DNA of 64,000 nucleotides from Eledone cirrhosa (taxonomy: Eukaryota), in NCBI GenBank assembly GCA_964016885.1, contig OZ024743.1, positions 131,874,001-131,938,000 of the forward strand, given 5' to 3'. The position numbers were made by a program, and so were the translations under genes. The notes beneath the pieces were generated by a model that saw nothing but the letters and a program-made list of their open reading frames with translations, had not been told where the DNA came from and did no database searches. How positions within the stretch are numbered: position 1 is the stretch's first letter; each line of letters opens with the position of its first letter. Below are positions 36,601 to 47,929 of the stretch, piece after piece.

Positions 36601-38432
36601 TTGTGTTTGGTGCTTGGTGCTTGGTGCCTGGTGCTTGGTGCCTGGTGCTTGGTGTTTGGTGTTTGATGCTTGGTGTTTGGTGTTTGGTGTTTGGTACTTG
36701 GTGTTCGGTGCTTGGTGCTTGGTGCTTGGTGCTTGGTGTTTGGTGTTTGGTGATTGGTGCTTGGTGTTTGATGTTTGGTCCTTGGTGCTTGGTGTTTGGT
36801 GTTGTGTGCTTGGTGCTTGGTGCTTGGTGTTTGGTGCTTGGTGCTTGGTGTATGGTGCTTGGTGCTTGGTGCTGGGTGGTTGGTGTTTGGTGCTTGGTGC
36901 TTGGTGTTTGGTGCTTGGTGCTTGGTGCTTGTTGTTTGGTGCTTGGTGCTTGGTGCTTGGTCTTTGGTGCATGGTGTTTGGTGTTTCGCGCTTGGTGCTT
37001 GGTGCTTCGTGATTGGTGCTTGGTGCTTGGTGCTTGGTGTTTGGTGCTTGGTGCTTGGTGATTAGTGTTTGTTGCTTGGTGCTTGGGGTTTGGTGGTTGG
37101 TGCTTGGTGCTTGGTGTTTGGTGTTTGGTGTTTGGTGTTTGCTGTTTGCTGTTTGGTGTCTGCTTTTTGGTGTTTGGTGTTTGCTGTATGGTGTTTGCTG
37201 TTTCGTATTTGGTTTTTGCTGTTTGGTGTTTGGTGTTTGCTGTTTGGTGTTTGGTGTTTGGTGTTTGGTGCTTGGTGCTTGGTGTTTGGCGTTTGGTGCT
37301 TGGTGCTTGGTGTTTGGTGCTTGGTGCTTGGTGTTTGGTGTTTGGTGCTTGGTGCCTGGTGCTTGTTGTATGGTGTTTGGTGCTTGGTGCTTGGTGTTTG
37401 GTGTTTGCTGCTTGGTGTCTGGTGTTTGGTGCTTGGTGTTTGGTGTTTGGTGCTTGGTGTATGGTGCTTGGTGCTTGGTGCTGGGTGGTTGGTGTTTGGT
37501 GCTTGGTGCTTGGTGTTTGGTGCTTGGTGCCTGGTGCTTGTTGTATGGTGTTTGGTGCTTGGTGCTTGGTGTTTGGTGTTTGCTGCTTGGTGGCTGGTGT
37601 TTGGTGCTTGGTGTTTGGTGTTTGGTGCTTGGTGTATGGTGCTTGGTGCTTGGTGCTGGGTGGTTGGCGCTTGGTGCTTTGTGCTTCGTGATTGGTGCTT
37701 GGTGCTTGGTGCTTGGTGTTTGGTGCTTGGTGCTTGGTGATTAGTGTTTGTTGCTTGGTGCTTGGGGTTTGGTGGTTGGTGCTTGGTGCTTGGTGTTTGG
37801 TGTTTGCTGTTTGGTGTCTGCTTTTTGGTGTTTGGTGTTTGTTGTATGGTGTTTGCTGTTTCGTATTTGGTTTTTGCTGTTTGGTGTTTGGTGTTTGCTG
37901 TTTGGTGTTTGGTGTTTGGTGTTTGGTGCTTGGTGCTTGGTGTTTGGCGTTTGGTGCTTGGTGCTTGGTGTTTGGTGCTTGGTGCTTGGTGTTTGGTGTT
38001 TGGTGCTTGGTGCCTGGTGCTTGTTGTATGGTGTTTGGTGCTTGGTGCTTGGTGTTTGGTGTTTGGTGCTTGGTGCTTGGTGTTTGGTGTTTGGTGCTGG
38101 GTGCATGGCGTTTGGTGTTTGGTGCTTAGTGCTTGGTGTTTGGTGTTTGATGCTTGGTGTGTGGTGCTTGGTGCTTGGTGTTTTGTGTTTGGTGCTTGGT
38201 GCTTGGTGCCTGGTGCTTGGTGCCTGGTGCTTGGTGTTTGGTGTTTGATGCTTGGTGTTTGGTGTTTGGTGTTTGGTACTTGGTGTTCGGTGCTTGGTGC
38301 TTGGTGCTTGGTGCTTGGTGTTTGGTGTTTGGTGATTGGTGCTTGGTGTTTGATGTTTGGTCCTTGGTGCTTGGTGTTTGGTGTTGTGTGCTTGGTGCTT
38401 GGTGCTTGGTGTTTGGTGCTTGGTGCTTGGTG
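33680..38432 (+). repeat. Three tandem copies of a 1582-bp (226-monomer) higher-order repeat
   Basis: Landmarks and ORF boundaries recur exactly every 1582 bp (33849/35431/37013; 33901/35483/37065; 34580/36162/37744; 34990/36572/38154), with identical or near-identical translations. Confidence 0.95.
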
Positions 38433-40399
38433 CTTGGTGTTTGGCGTTTGCTGTTTGCTGTTTGGTGTTTGGTGTTTGCTGTTTGGTGTTTGCTGTTTGG
38501 TGTTTGGTGTTTGGTGCTTGCTGTTTGGTGCTTGGTGCTTGGTGTTTGGTGTTTGGTGCTTGGTGTTTGGTGCTTGGTGCTTGGTGCTGGGTGTTTGGTG
38601 CTTGGTGCTTGGTGTTTGGTGCTTGGTGATTGGTGCTTGGTGTTTGGTCCTTGGTGCTTGGTGCTTGGTCTTTGGTGCTTGGGTTTTGGTGTTTGGTGCT
38701 TGGTGCTTGGTGTTTGGTGCTTGGTGCTTGGTGCTTGGTGCTTGGAGTTTGGTGCTTGCTGCTTGGTGCTTGGTGTTTGGTGCTTGGTGCTTGGTGATTA
38801 GTGTTTGGTGATTGGTGCTTGGGGTTTGGTGTTTGGGGCTTGGTGTTTGGTGCTTAGTGCTTGCTGTTTGGTGTTTGGTGTTTGGTTCTTGGTGCTTGGT
38901 GTTTGGTGTTTGGTGTTTGGTGCTTGGTGCTTGGTGCTTGGTGTTTGGTGCTTGGTGCTTGGTGCTTGGTGTTTGGTGCTGCGTGCTTGGTGTTTGGTGT
39001 TTGGTGCTTGGTGCCTGGTGCTTGTTGTTTGGTGTTTGGTGCTTAGTGCTTGGTTTTTGGTGTTTGGTGCTTGGTGCTTGGTGGCTGGTGTTTGGTGCTT
39101 GGTGTTTGGAGTTTGGTGCTTGGTGCTTGGTGCCTGGTGTTTCGTGCTTGGTGCTTGGTGCTTGGTGTTTGGTGTTTGGTGCTTGGTGTTTGGTGCTTGG
39201 TGTTTGGTGCTTGGTGCTTGGTGCTTGGTGTTAGGTGTTTGGTGCTTGGTGCTTGGTGTTTGATGTTTGGTCCTTGGTGCTTGTTGTTTGGTGTTTGGTG
39301 CTTGGTGCTTGGTGTTTGGTGTTTGGTGCTTGCTGCTTGCTGCTTGGTGTTTGGTGCTTGGTGATTGGTGCTTGGTGTTTTATGCTTGGTGCTTGGTGTT
39401 TGGTGCTAGGGGCTTGGTGGTTGATGCTTGGTGTTTGGTGCTTGGTGCTTGCTGTTTGGTGTTTGGTGCTTGGTGCGTGGGACTTAGTGTTTGGTGTTTG
39501 GTGCTTGGTGTTTGGTGCTTGGTGTTTGGTGTTTGGTACTTGGTGCTTGGTGCTTGGTGCTTGGTGTTTGGTGCTTGGTGTTTGATGCTGCGTGCTTGGT
39601 GTTTGGTGTTTGGTGCTTGGTGCTTGGTGTTTGGTGTTTGGAGCTTGGTGCCTGGTGCTTGTTGTTTGGTGTTTGGCGCTTGGTGCTTGTTGTTTGGTGT
39701 TTGGTGCTTGGTGCTTGGTGCTTGGTATCTGGTGTTTGGTGCTTGGTGTTTGGTGTTTGGTGCTTGGTGCCTGGGGCTTGTTGTTTGGTGTTTGGTGCTT
39801 AGTGCTTGGTGTTTGGTGTTTGGTGCTTGGTGCTTGGTGGCTGGTGCTTGGTGCTTGGTGTTCGGAGTTTGGTGTTTGGTGCTTGGTGCCTGGTGTTTCG
39901 TGCTTGGTGCTTGGTGCTTGGTGTTTGGTATTTGGTGCTTGGTGTTTGGTGCTTGGTGTTTGGTGCTTGGTGCTTGGTGCTTGGTGTTAGGTGTTTGGTG
40001 ATTGGTGCTTGGTGTTTGATGTTTGGTCCTTGGTGATTGGTGCTTGGTGTTTTATGCTTGGTGCTTGGTGTTTGGTGCTAGGGGCTGGGTGCTTGATGCT
40101 TGGTGTTTGGTGCTTGGTGCTTGCTGTTTGGTGTTTGGTGCTTGGTGCGTGGGACTTAGTGTTTGGTGTTTGGTGCTTGGTGTTTTGTGCTTGGTGTTTG
40201 GTGCTTGGTGCTTGGTGTTTGGTGTTTGGTGCTTGGTGCTTGGGACTTGGTGTTTGGTGCTTAGTGTTTGGTGCTTGGTGTTTGGTGCTTGGTGCTTGGT
40301 GCTTGGTGTTTGGTGTATGGTGTTTGGTGCTTGGTGTTTGGTGCTTGGTGCTTGGTGCTGGGTGGTTGGTGTTTGGTGTTTGGTGTTTGGTGATTGGTG

Positions 40400-43300
40400 C
40401 TTGGTGTTTGGTGCTTGGTGCTTGGTGCTTGGTGCTTGGTGTTAGGCGTTTGGTGCTTGGTGCTTGGTATTTGATGTTAGGTTCTTGGTGCTTGGTGTTT
40501 GGTGTTTGGTGCTTGGTGCTTGGTGTTTGGTGTTTGGTGCTTGATGCTTGGTGCTTGGTGTTTTGTGTTTGGAGTTTGGTGCTTGGTGTTTGGTGCTTGG
40601 TGCTTGGTGTTTGGTGTTTGGTGTTTGGTGTTTGGTGATTGGTGTTTGGTGTTTGGTGCTTGGTGTTTGGTGCTTGGTGCTTGGTGCTTGGTCCTTGGTG
40701 CTTGGTGTTTGGTATTTGGAGCTTGGTGCTTGGTGTTTGGTGTTTGGTGCTTGCTGCTTGCTGCTTGGTGTTTGGTGCTAGGGACTTGGTGCTTGGTGCT
40801 TGGTGTTTGGTGCTTGGTGTTTGGTGTTTGGTGCTTGGTGCGTGGGACTTGGTGTTTGGTGCTTGGTGTTTGGTGCTTGGTGTTTGGTGCTTGGTGCCTG
40901 GTGCTTGGTGTTTGGTGTTTGGTGCTTGGTGTTTGGTGCTTGGTGTTTGGTACTTGGTGTTCGGTGCTTGGTGCTTGGTGCTTGGTGCTTGGTGTTTGGT
41001 GTTTGGTGCTTGGTGCTTGGTGTTTGATGTTTGGTCCTTGGTGCTTGGTGTTTGGTGTTGTGTGCTTGGTGCTTGGTGCTTGGTGTTTGGTGCTTGGTGC
41101 TCGGTGCTTGGTGTTTGGCGTTTGCTGTTTGCTGTTTGGTGTTTGGTGTTTGCTGTTTGGTGTTTGCTGTTTGGTGTTTGGTGTTTGGTGCTTGGTGCTT
41201 GGTGTTTGGTGCTTGGTGCTTGGTGCTTGGTGTTTGGTCCTTGGTGCTTGGTGCTTGGTACTTGGTCTTTGGTGCTTGGGTTTTGGTGTTTGGTGCTTGG
41301 CGCTTGGTGTTTGGCGCTTGGTGATTGGTGCTTGGTGCTTGGTGTTTGGTGCTTGCTGCTTGGTGCTTGGTGTTTGGTGCTTGGTGCTTGGTGATTAGTG
41401 TTTGGTGATAGGTGCTTCGGGTTTGGTATTTGGGGCTTGGTGTTTGGTGCTTGGTGCTTGCTGTTTGGTGATTGGTGTTTGGTTCTTGGTGCTTGGTGTT
41501 TGGTGTTTGGTGTTTGGTGCTTGGTGCTTGGTGCTTGGTGTTTGGTGCTTGGTGCTTGGTGCTTGGTGTTTGGTGCTGCGTGCTTGGTGTTTGGTGTTTG
41601 GTGCTTGGTGCCTGGTGCTTGTTGTTTGGTGTTTGGTGCTTAGTGCTTGGTGTTTGGTGTTTGGTGCTTGGTGCTTGGTGGCTGGTGTTTGGTGCTTGGT
41701 GTTTGGAGTTTGGTGCTTGGTGCTTGGTGCCTGGTGTTTCGTGCTTGGTGCTTGGTGCTTGGTGTTTGGTGTATGGTGCTTGGTGTTTGGTGTTTGGTAC
41801 TTGGTGCTTGGTGCTTGGTGCTTGGTGTTTGGTGCTTGGTGTTTGATGCTGCGTGCTTGGTGTTTGGTGTTTGGTGCTTGGTGCTTGCTGTTTGGTGTTT
41901 GGAGCTTGGTGCCTGGTGCTTGTTGTTTGGTGTTTGGCGCTTGGTGCTTGGTGTTTGGTGTTTGGTGCTTGGTGCTTGGTGCTTGGTATCTGGTGTTTGG
42001 GGCTTGATGTTTGGTGTTTGGTGCTTGGTGTTTGGTGTTTGGTGCTTGGTGCTTGGTGTTTGGTGCTTGGTGTTTGATGCTTGGTGTTTGATGCTTGGTG
42101 TTTGCTGCTTGGTGCTTGGTGCTTGGTGTTTTGTGTTTGGTGCTTGGTGCTTGGAGCCTGGTGCTTGGTGCTTGGTGCTTGTTGTTTGGTGCTTGGTGCT
42201 TGGTGATTAGTGTTTGGTGCTTCGTGCTTGCGGTTTGGTGTTTGGTGCCTCGGGTTTGGTGTTTGGTGCTTGGTGCTTGGTGTTTGGTGCTTGGTGCTTG
42301 GTGTTTGGTGTTTGCTGTCTGGTGTTTGCTGTTTGGTGTTTGGTGTTTGGTGCTTGCTGTTTGGTGCTTGGTGCTTGGTGTTTGGTGTTTGGTGTTTGGT
42401 GCTTGGTGCTTGGTGTTTGGTGCTTGGTGCTTGGTGCTGGGTGTTTGGTGCTTGGTGCTTGGTGTTTGGTTGTTGGTGCTTGGTGCTTGGTGTTTGGTCC
42501 TTGGTGCTTGGTGCTTGGTCTTTGGTGCTTGGGTTTTGGTGTTTGGTGCTTGGTGCTTGGTGTTTGGTGCTTGGTTCTTGGTGCTTGGTGCTTGGTGTTT
42601 GGTGATTGCTGCTTGGTGCTTGGTGTTTGGTGCTTGGTGCTTGGTGATTAGTGTTTGGTGATTGGTGCTTGGGGTTTGCTGTTTGGTGCTTGGTGTTTGG
42701 TGCTTGGTGCTTGCTGTTTGGTGTTTGGTGTTTGGTTCTTGGTGCTTGGTGTTTGGTGTTTGGTGTTTGGTGCTTGGTGCTTGGTGCTTGGTGTTTGGTG
42801 CTTGGTGCTTGGTGCTTGGTGTTTGGTGCTGCGTGCTTGGTGTTTGGTGTTTGGTGCTTGGTGCCTGGTGCTTGTTGTTTGGTGTTTGGTGCTTAGTGCA
42901 TGGTGTTTGGTGTTTGGTGCTTGGTGCTTGGTGGCTGGTGCTTGGTGCATGGTGTTTGTAGTTTGGTGCTTGGTGCTTGGTGCCTGGTGTTTCGTACTTG
43001 GTGCTTGGTGCTTGGTGTTTGGTGTTTGGTGCTTGGTGTTTGGTGTTTGGTACTTGGTGCTTGGTGCTTGGTGCTTGGTGTTTGGTGCTTGGTGTTTGAT
43101 GCTGCGTGCTTGGTGTTTGGTGTTTGGTGCTTGGTGCTTGGTGTTTGGTGTTTGGAGCTTGGTGCCTGCTGCTTGTTGTTTGGTGTTTGGTGCTTGGTGC
43201 TTGGTGTTTGGTGTTTGGTGCTTGGTGCTTGATGCTTGGTATCTGGTGTTTGGTGCTTGATGTTTGGTGTTTGGTGCTTGGTGCTTGGTGCTTGGTGTTT

Positions 43301-46300
43301 GGTGTTTGGTGCTTGGTGCTTGGTGTTTGGTGCTTGGTGTTTGGTGTTTGGTGTTTGATGCTTGGTGTTTGCTGCTTGGTGCTTGGTGCTTGGTGTTTTG
43401 TGTTTGGTGCTTGGTGCTTGGTGCCTGGTGCTTGGTGCTTGGTGCTTGTTGTTTGGTGCTTGGTGCTTGGTGCTTGGTGTTTGGTGCTTGGTTCTTGGTG
43501 CTTGGTGTTTGGTGTTTGGTGCTTGGTGTTTGGTGCTTGGTGTTTGGTGCTTGGTGCTTGGTGCTTGGTGTTAGTTGTTTGGTGCTTGGTGCTTGGTGTT
43601 TGATGTTTGGTCCTTGGTGCTTGTTGTTTGGTGTTTGGTGCTTGGTGCTTGGTGTTTGGTGTTTGGTGCTTGCTGCTTGCTGCTTGGTGTTTGGTGCTTG
43701 GTGATTGGTGCTTGGTGTTTTATGCTTGGTGCTTGGTGTTTGGTGCTAGGGGCTTGGTGCTAGATGCTTGGTGTTTGGTGCTTGGTGCTTGCTGTTTGGT
43801 GTTTGGTGCTTGGTGCGTGGGACTTAGTGTTTGGTGTTTGGTGCTTGGTGTTTTGTGCTTGGTGTTTGGTGCTTGGTGCTTGGTGTTTGGTGTTTGGTGC
43901 TTGGTGCTTGGGGCTTGGTGTTTGGTGCTTCGTGTTTGGTGCTTGGTGTTTGGTGCTTGGTGCTTGGTGCTTTGTGTTTGGTGTATGGTGTTTGGTGCTT
44001 GGTGTTTGGTGCTTGGTGCTTGGTGCTGGGTGGTTGGTGTTTGGTGTTTGGTGCTTGGTGATTGGTGCTTATTGTTTGGTGCTTGGTGCTTGGTGCTTGG
44101 TGCTTGGTCTTTGGTGCTTGGTGTTTGGTGTTTGGTGCTTGGTGCTTGGTGCTTGGTGATTAGTGTTTGGTGTTTGGTGCTTGGTGTTTGGTGCTTGGTG
44201 CTTGGTGCTGGGTGGTTGGTGTTTGGTGTTTGGTGCTTGGTGATTGGTGCTTATTGTTTGGTGCTTGGTGCTTGGTGCTTGGTGCTTGGTCTTTGGTGCT
44301 TGGTGTTTGGTGCTTGGTGTTTGGTGTTTGGTGCTTGGTGCTTGGTGCTTGGTGATTAGTGTTTGGTGCTTGGTGCTTGGTGCCTGGTGCTTGGTGCTTG
44401 GTGCTTGTTGTTTGGTGCTTGGTGCTTGGTGATTAGTGTTTGGTGCTTGGTGCTTGGGGTTTGGTGTTTGGTGCTTGGGGTTTGGTGTTTGGTGCTTGGT
44501 GCTTGGTGTTTGGTGCTTGGTGCTTGGTGTTTGGTGCTTGGTGCTTTGTGTTTGGTGCTTGGTGTTAGGTGTTTGGTGCTTGGTGATTGGTGTTTGATGT
44601 TAGGTTCTTGGTGCTTGGTGTTTGGTGTTTGGTGCTTGGTGCTTGGTGTTTGGTCTTTGGTGCTTGCTGCGTGGTGCCTGGTGTTTTGTGTTTGGAGTTT
44701 GGTGCTTGGTGTTTGGTGCTTGATGCTTGGTGTTTGGTGTTTGGTGTTTGGTGTTTGGTGATTGGTGCTTGGTGTTTGGTGCTTGGTGCTTGGTGCTTGG
44801 TGCTTGGTGTTAGGCGTTTGGTGCTTGGTGCTTGGTATTTGATGTTAGGTTCTTGGTGCTTGGTGTTTGGTGTTTGGTGCTTGGTGCTTGGTGTTTGGTG
44901 TTTGGTGCTTGATGCTTGGTGCTTGGTGTTTTGTGTTTGGAGTTTGGTGATTGGTGTTTGGTGCTTGGTGCTTGGTGTTTGGTGTTTGGTGTTTGGTGTT
45001 TGGTGATTGTTGTTTGGTGTTTGGTGCTTGGTGTTTGGTGCTTGGTGCTTGGTGCTTGGTCCTTGGTGCTTGGTGTTTGGTATTTGGAGCTTGGTGCTTG
45101 GTGTTTGGTGTTTGGTGCTTGCTGCTTGCTGCTTGGTGTTTGGTGCTAGGGACTTGGTGCTTGGTGCTTGGTGTTTGGTGCTTGGTGTTTGGTGTTTGGT
45201 GCTTGGTGCGTGGGACTTGGTGTTTGGTGCTTGGTGTTTGGTGCTTGGTGTTTGGTGCTTGGTGCCTGGTGCTTGGTGTTTGGTGTTTGGTGCTTGGTGT
45301 TTGGTGCTTGGTGTTTGGTACTTGGTGTTCGGTGCTTGGTGCTTGGTGCTTGGTGCTTGGTGTTTGGTGTTTGGTGCTTGGTGCTTCGTGTTTGATGTTT
45401 GGTCCTTGGTGCTTGGTGTTTGATGTTGTGTGCTTGGTGCTTGGTGCTTGGTGTTTGGTGCTTGGTGCTTGGTGCTTGGTGTTTGGCGTTTGCTGTTTGC
45501 TGTTTGGTGTTTGGTGTTTGCTGTTTGGTGTTTGCTGTTTGGTGTTTGGTGTTTGGTGCTTGGTGCTTGGTGTTTGGTGCTTGGTGCTTGGTGCTTGGTG
45601 TTTGGTCCTTGGTACTTGGTGCTTGGTGCTTGGTCTTTGGTGCTTGGGTTTTGGTGTTTGGTGCTTGGCGCTTGGTGTTTGGCGCTTGGTGATTGGTGCT
45701 TGGTGCTTGGTGTTTGGTGTTTGGTGCTTGGTGCTTGGTGTTTGGTGCTTGGTGCTTGGTGTTTGGTGTTTGCTGTCTGGTGTTTGCTGTTTGGTGTTTG
45801 GTGTTTGGTGCTTGCTGTTTGGTGCTTGGTGCTTGGTGTTTGGTGTTTGGTGTTTGGTGCTTGGTGCTTGGTGTTTGGTGCTTGGTGCTTGGTGCTGGGT
45901 GTTTGGTGCTTGGTGCTTGGTGTTTGGTTGTTGGTGCTTGGTGCTTGGTGTTTGGTCCTTGGTGCTTGGTGCTTGGTCTTTGGTGCTTGGGTTTTGGTGT
46001 TTGGTGCTTGGTGCTTGGTGTTTGGTGCTTGGTTCTTGGTGCTTGGTGCTTGGTGTTTGGTGATTGCTGCTTGGTGCTTGGTGTTTGGTGCTTGGTGCTT
46101 GGTGATTAGTGTTTGGTGATTGGTGCTTGGGGTTTGCTGTTTGGTGCTTGGTGTTTGGTGCTTGGTGCTTGCTGTTTGGTGTTTGGTGTTTGGTTCTTGG
46201 TGCTTGGTGTTTGGTGTTTGGTGTTTGGTGCTTGGTGCTTGGTGCTTGGTGTTTGGTGCTTGGTGCTTGGTGCTTGGTGTTTGGTGCTGCGTGCTTGGTG

Positions 46301-47380
46301 TTTGGTGTTTGGTGCTTGGTGCCTGGTGCTTGTTGTTTGGTGTTTGGTGCTTAGTGCATGGTGTTTGGTGTTTGGTGCTTGGTGCTTGGTGGCTGGTGCT
46401 TGGTGCTTGGTGTTTGTAGTTTGGTGCTTGGTGCTTGGTGCCTGGTGTTTCGTGCTTGGTGCTTGGTGCTTGGTGTTTGGTGTTTGGTGCTTGGTGTTTG
46501 GTGTTTGGTACTTGGTGCTTGGTGCTTGGTGCTTGGTGTTTGGTGCTTGGTGTTTGATGCTGCGTGCTTGGTGTTTGGTGTTTGGTGCTTGGTGCTTGGT
46601 GTTTGGTGTTTGGAGCTTGGTGCCTGCTGCTTGTTGTTTGGTGTTTGGTGCTTGGTGCTTGGTGTTTGGTGTTTGGTGCTTGGTGCTTGATGCTTGGTAT
46701 CTGGTGTTTGGTGCTTGATGTTTGGTGTTTGGTGCTTGGTGCTTGGTGCTTGGTGTTTGGTGTTTGGTGCTTGGTGCTTGGTGTTTGGTGCTTGGTGTTT
46801 GGTGTTTGGTGTTTGATGCTTGGTGTTTGCTGCTTGGTGCGTGGTGCTTGGTGTTTTGTGTTTGGTGCTTGGTGCTTGGTGCCTGGTGCTTGGTGCTTGG
46901 TGCTTGTTGTTTGGTGCTTGGTGCTTGGTGCTTGGTGTTTGGTGCTTGGTGCTTGGTGCTTGGTGTTTGGTGTTTGGTGCTTGGTGTTTGGTGCTTGGTG
47001 TTTGGTGCTTGGTGCTTGGTGCTTGGTGTTAGGTGTTTGGTGCTTGGTGCTTGGTGTTTGATGTTTGGTCCTTGGTGCTTGTTGTTTGGTGTTTGGTGCT
47101 TGGTGCTTGGTGTTTGGTGTTTGGTGCTTGCTGCTTGCTGCTTGGTGTTTGGTGCTTGGTGATTGGTGCTTGGTGTTTTATGCTTGGTGCTTGGTGTTTG
47201 GTGCTAGGGGCTTGGTGCTAGATGCTTGGTGTTTGGTGCTTGGTGCATGCTGTTTGGTGTTTGGTGCTTGGTGCGTGGGACTTAGTGTTTGGTGTTTGGT
47301 GCTTGGTGTTTTGTGCTTGGTGTTTGGTGCTTGGTGCTTGGTGTTTGGTGTTTGGTGCTTGGTGCTTGGGGCTTGGTGTT
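40400..47380 (+). repeat. 4368-bp tandem duplication whose second copy has a 910-bp internal deletion
   Basis: Offset 4368 (40548/44916, 40800/45168, 41031/45399) switches to 3458 (42651/46109, 43106/46564, 43607/47065) at about 45710. The difference is 910 = 130x7. Confidence 0.85.
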
Positions 47381-47929
47381 TGGTGCTTGGTGCTTGCTGT
47401 TTGGTGTTTGGTGCTTGGTGCCTGGTGCTTGTTGTTTGGTGTTTGGTGCTTAGTGCTTGGTGTTTGGTGTTTGGTGCTTGGTGCTTGGTGGCTGGTGTTT
47501 GGTGCTTGGTGTTTGGAGTTTGGTGCTTGGTGCTTGGTGCCTGGTGTTTCGTGCTTGGTGCTTGGTGTTTGGTGTTTGGTACTTGGTGCTTGGTGCTTGG
47601 TGCTTGGTGTTTGGTGCTTGGTGTTTGATGCTGCGTGCTTGGTGTTTGGTGTTTGGTGCTTGGTGCTTGCTGTTTGGTGTTTGGAGCTTGGTGCCTGGTG
47701 CTTGTTGTTTGGTGTTTGGCGCTTGGTGCTTGGTGTTTGGTGTTTGGTGCTTGGTGCTTGGTGCTTGGTATCTGGTGTTTGGGGCTTGATGTTTGGTGTT
47801 TGGTGCTTGGTGTTTGGTGTTTGGTGCTTGGTGCTTGGTGTTTGGTGCTTGGTGTTTGATGCTTGGTGTTTGATGCTTGGTGTTTGCTGCTTGGTGCTTG
47901 GTGCTTGGTGTTTTGTGTTTGGTGCTTGG

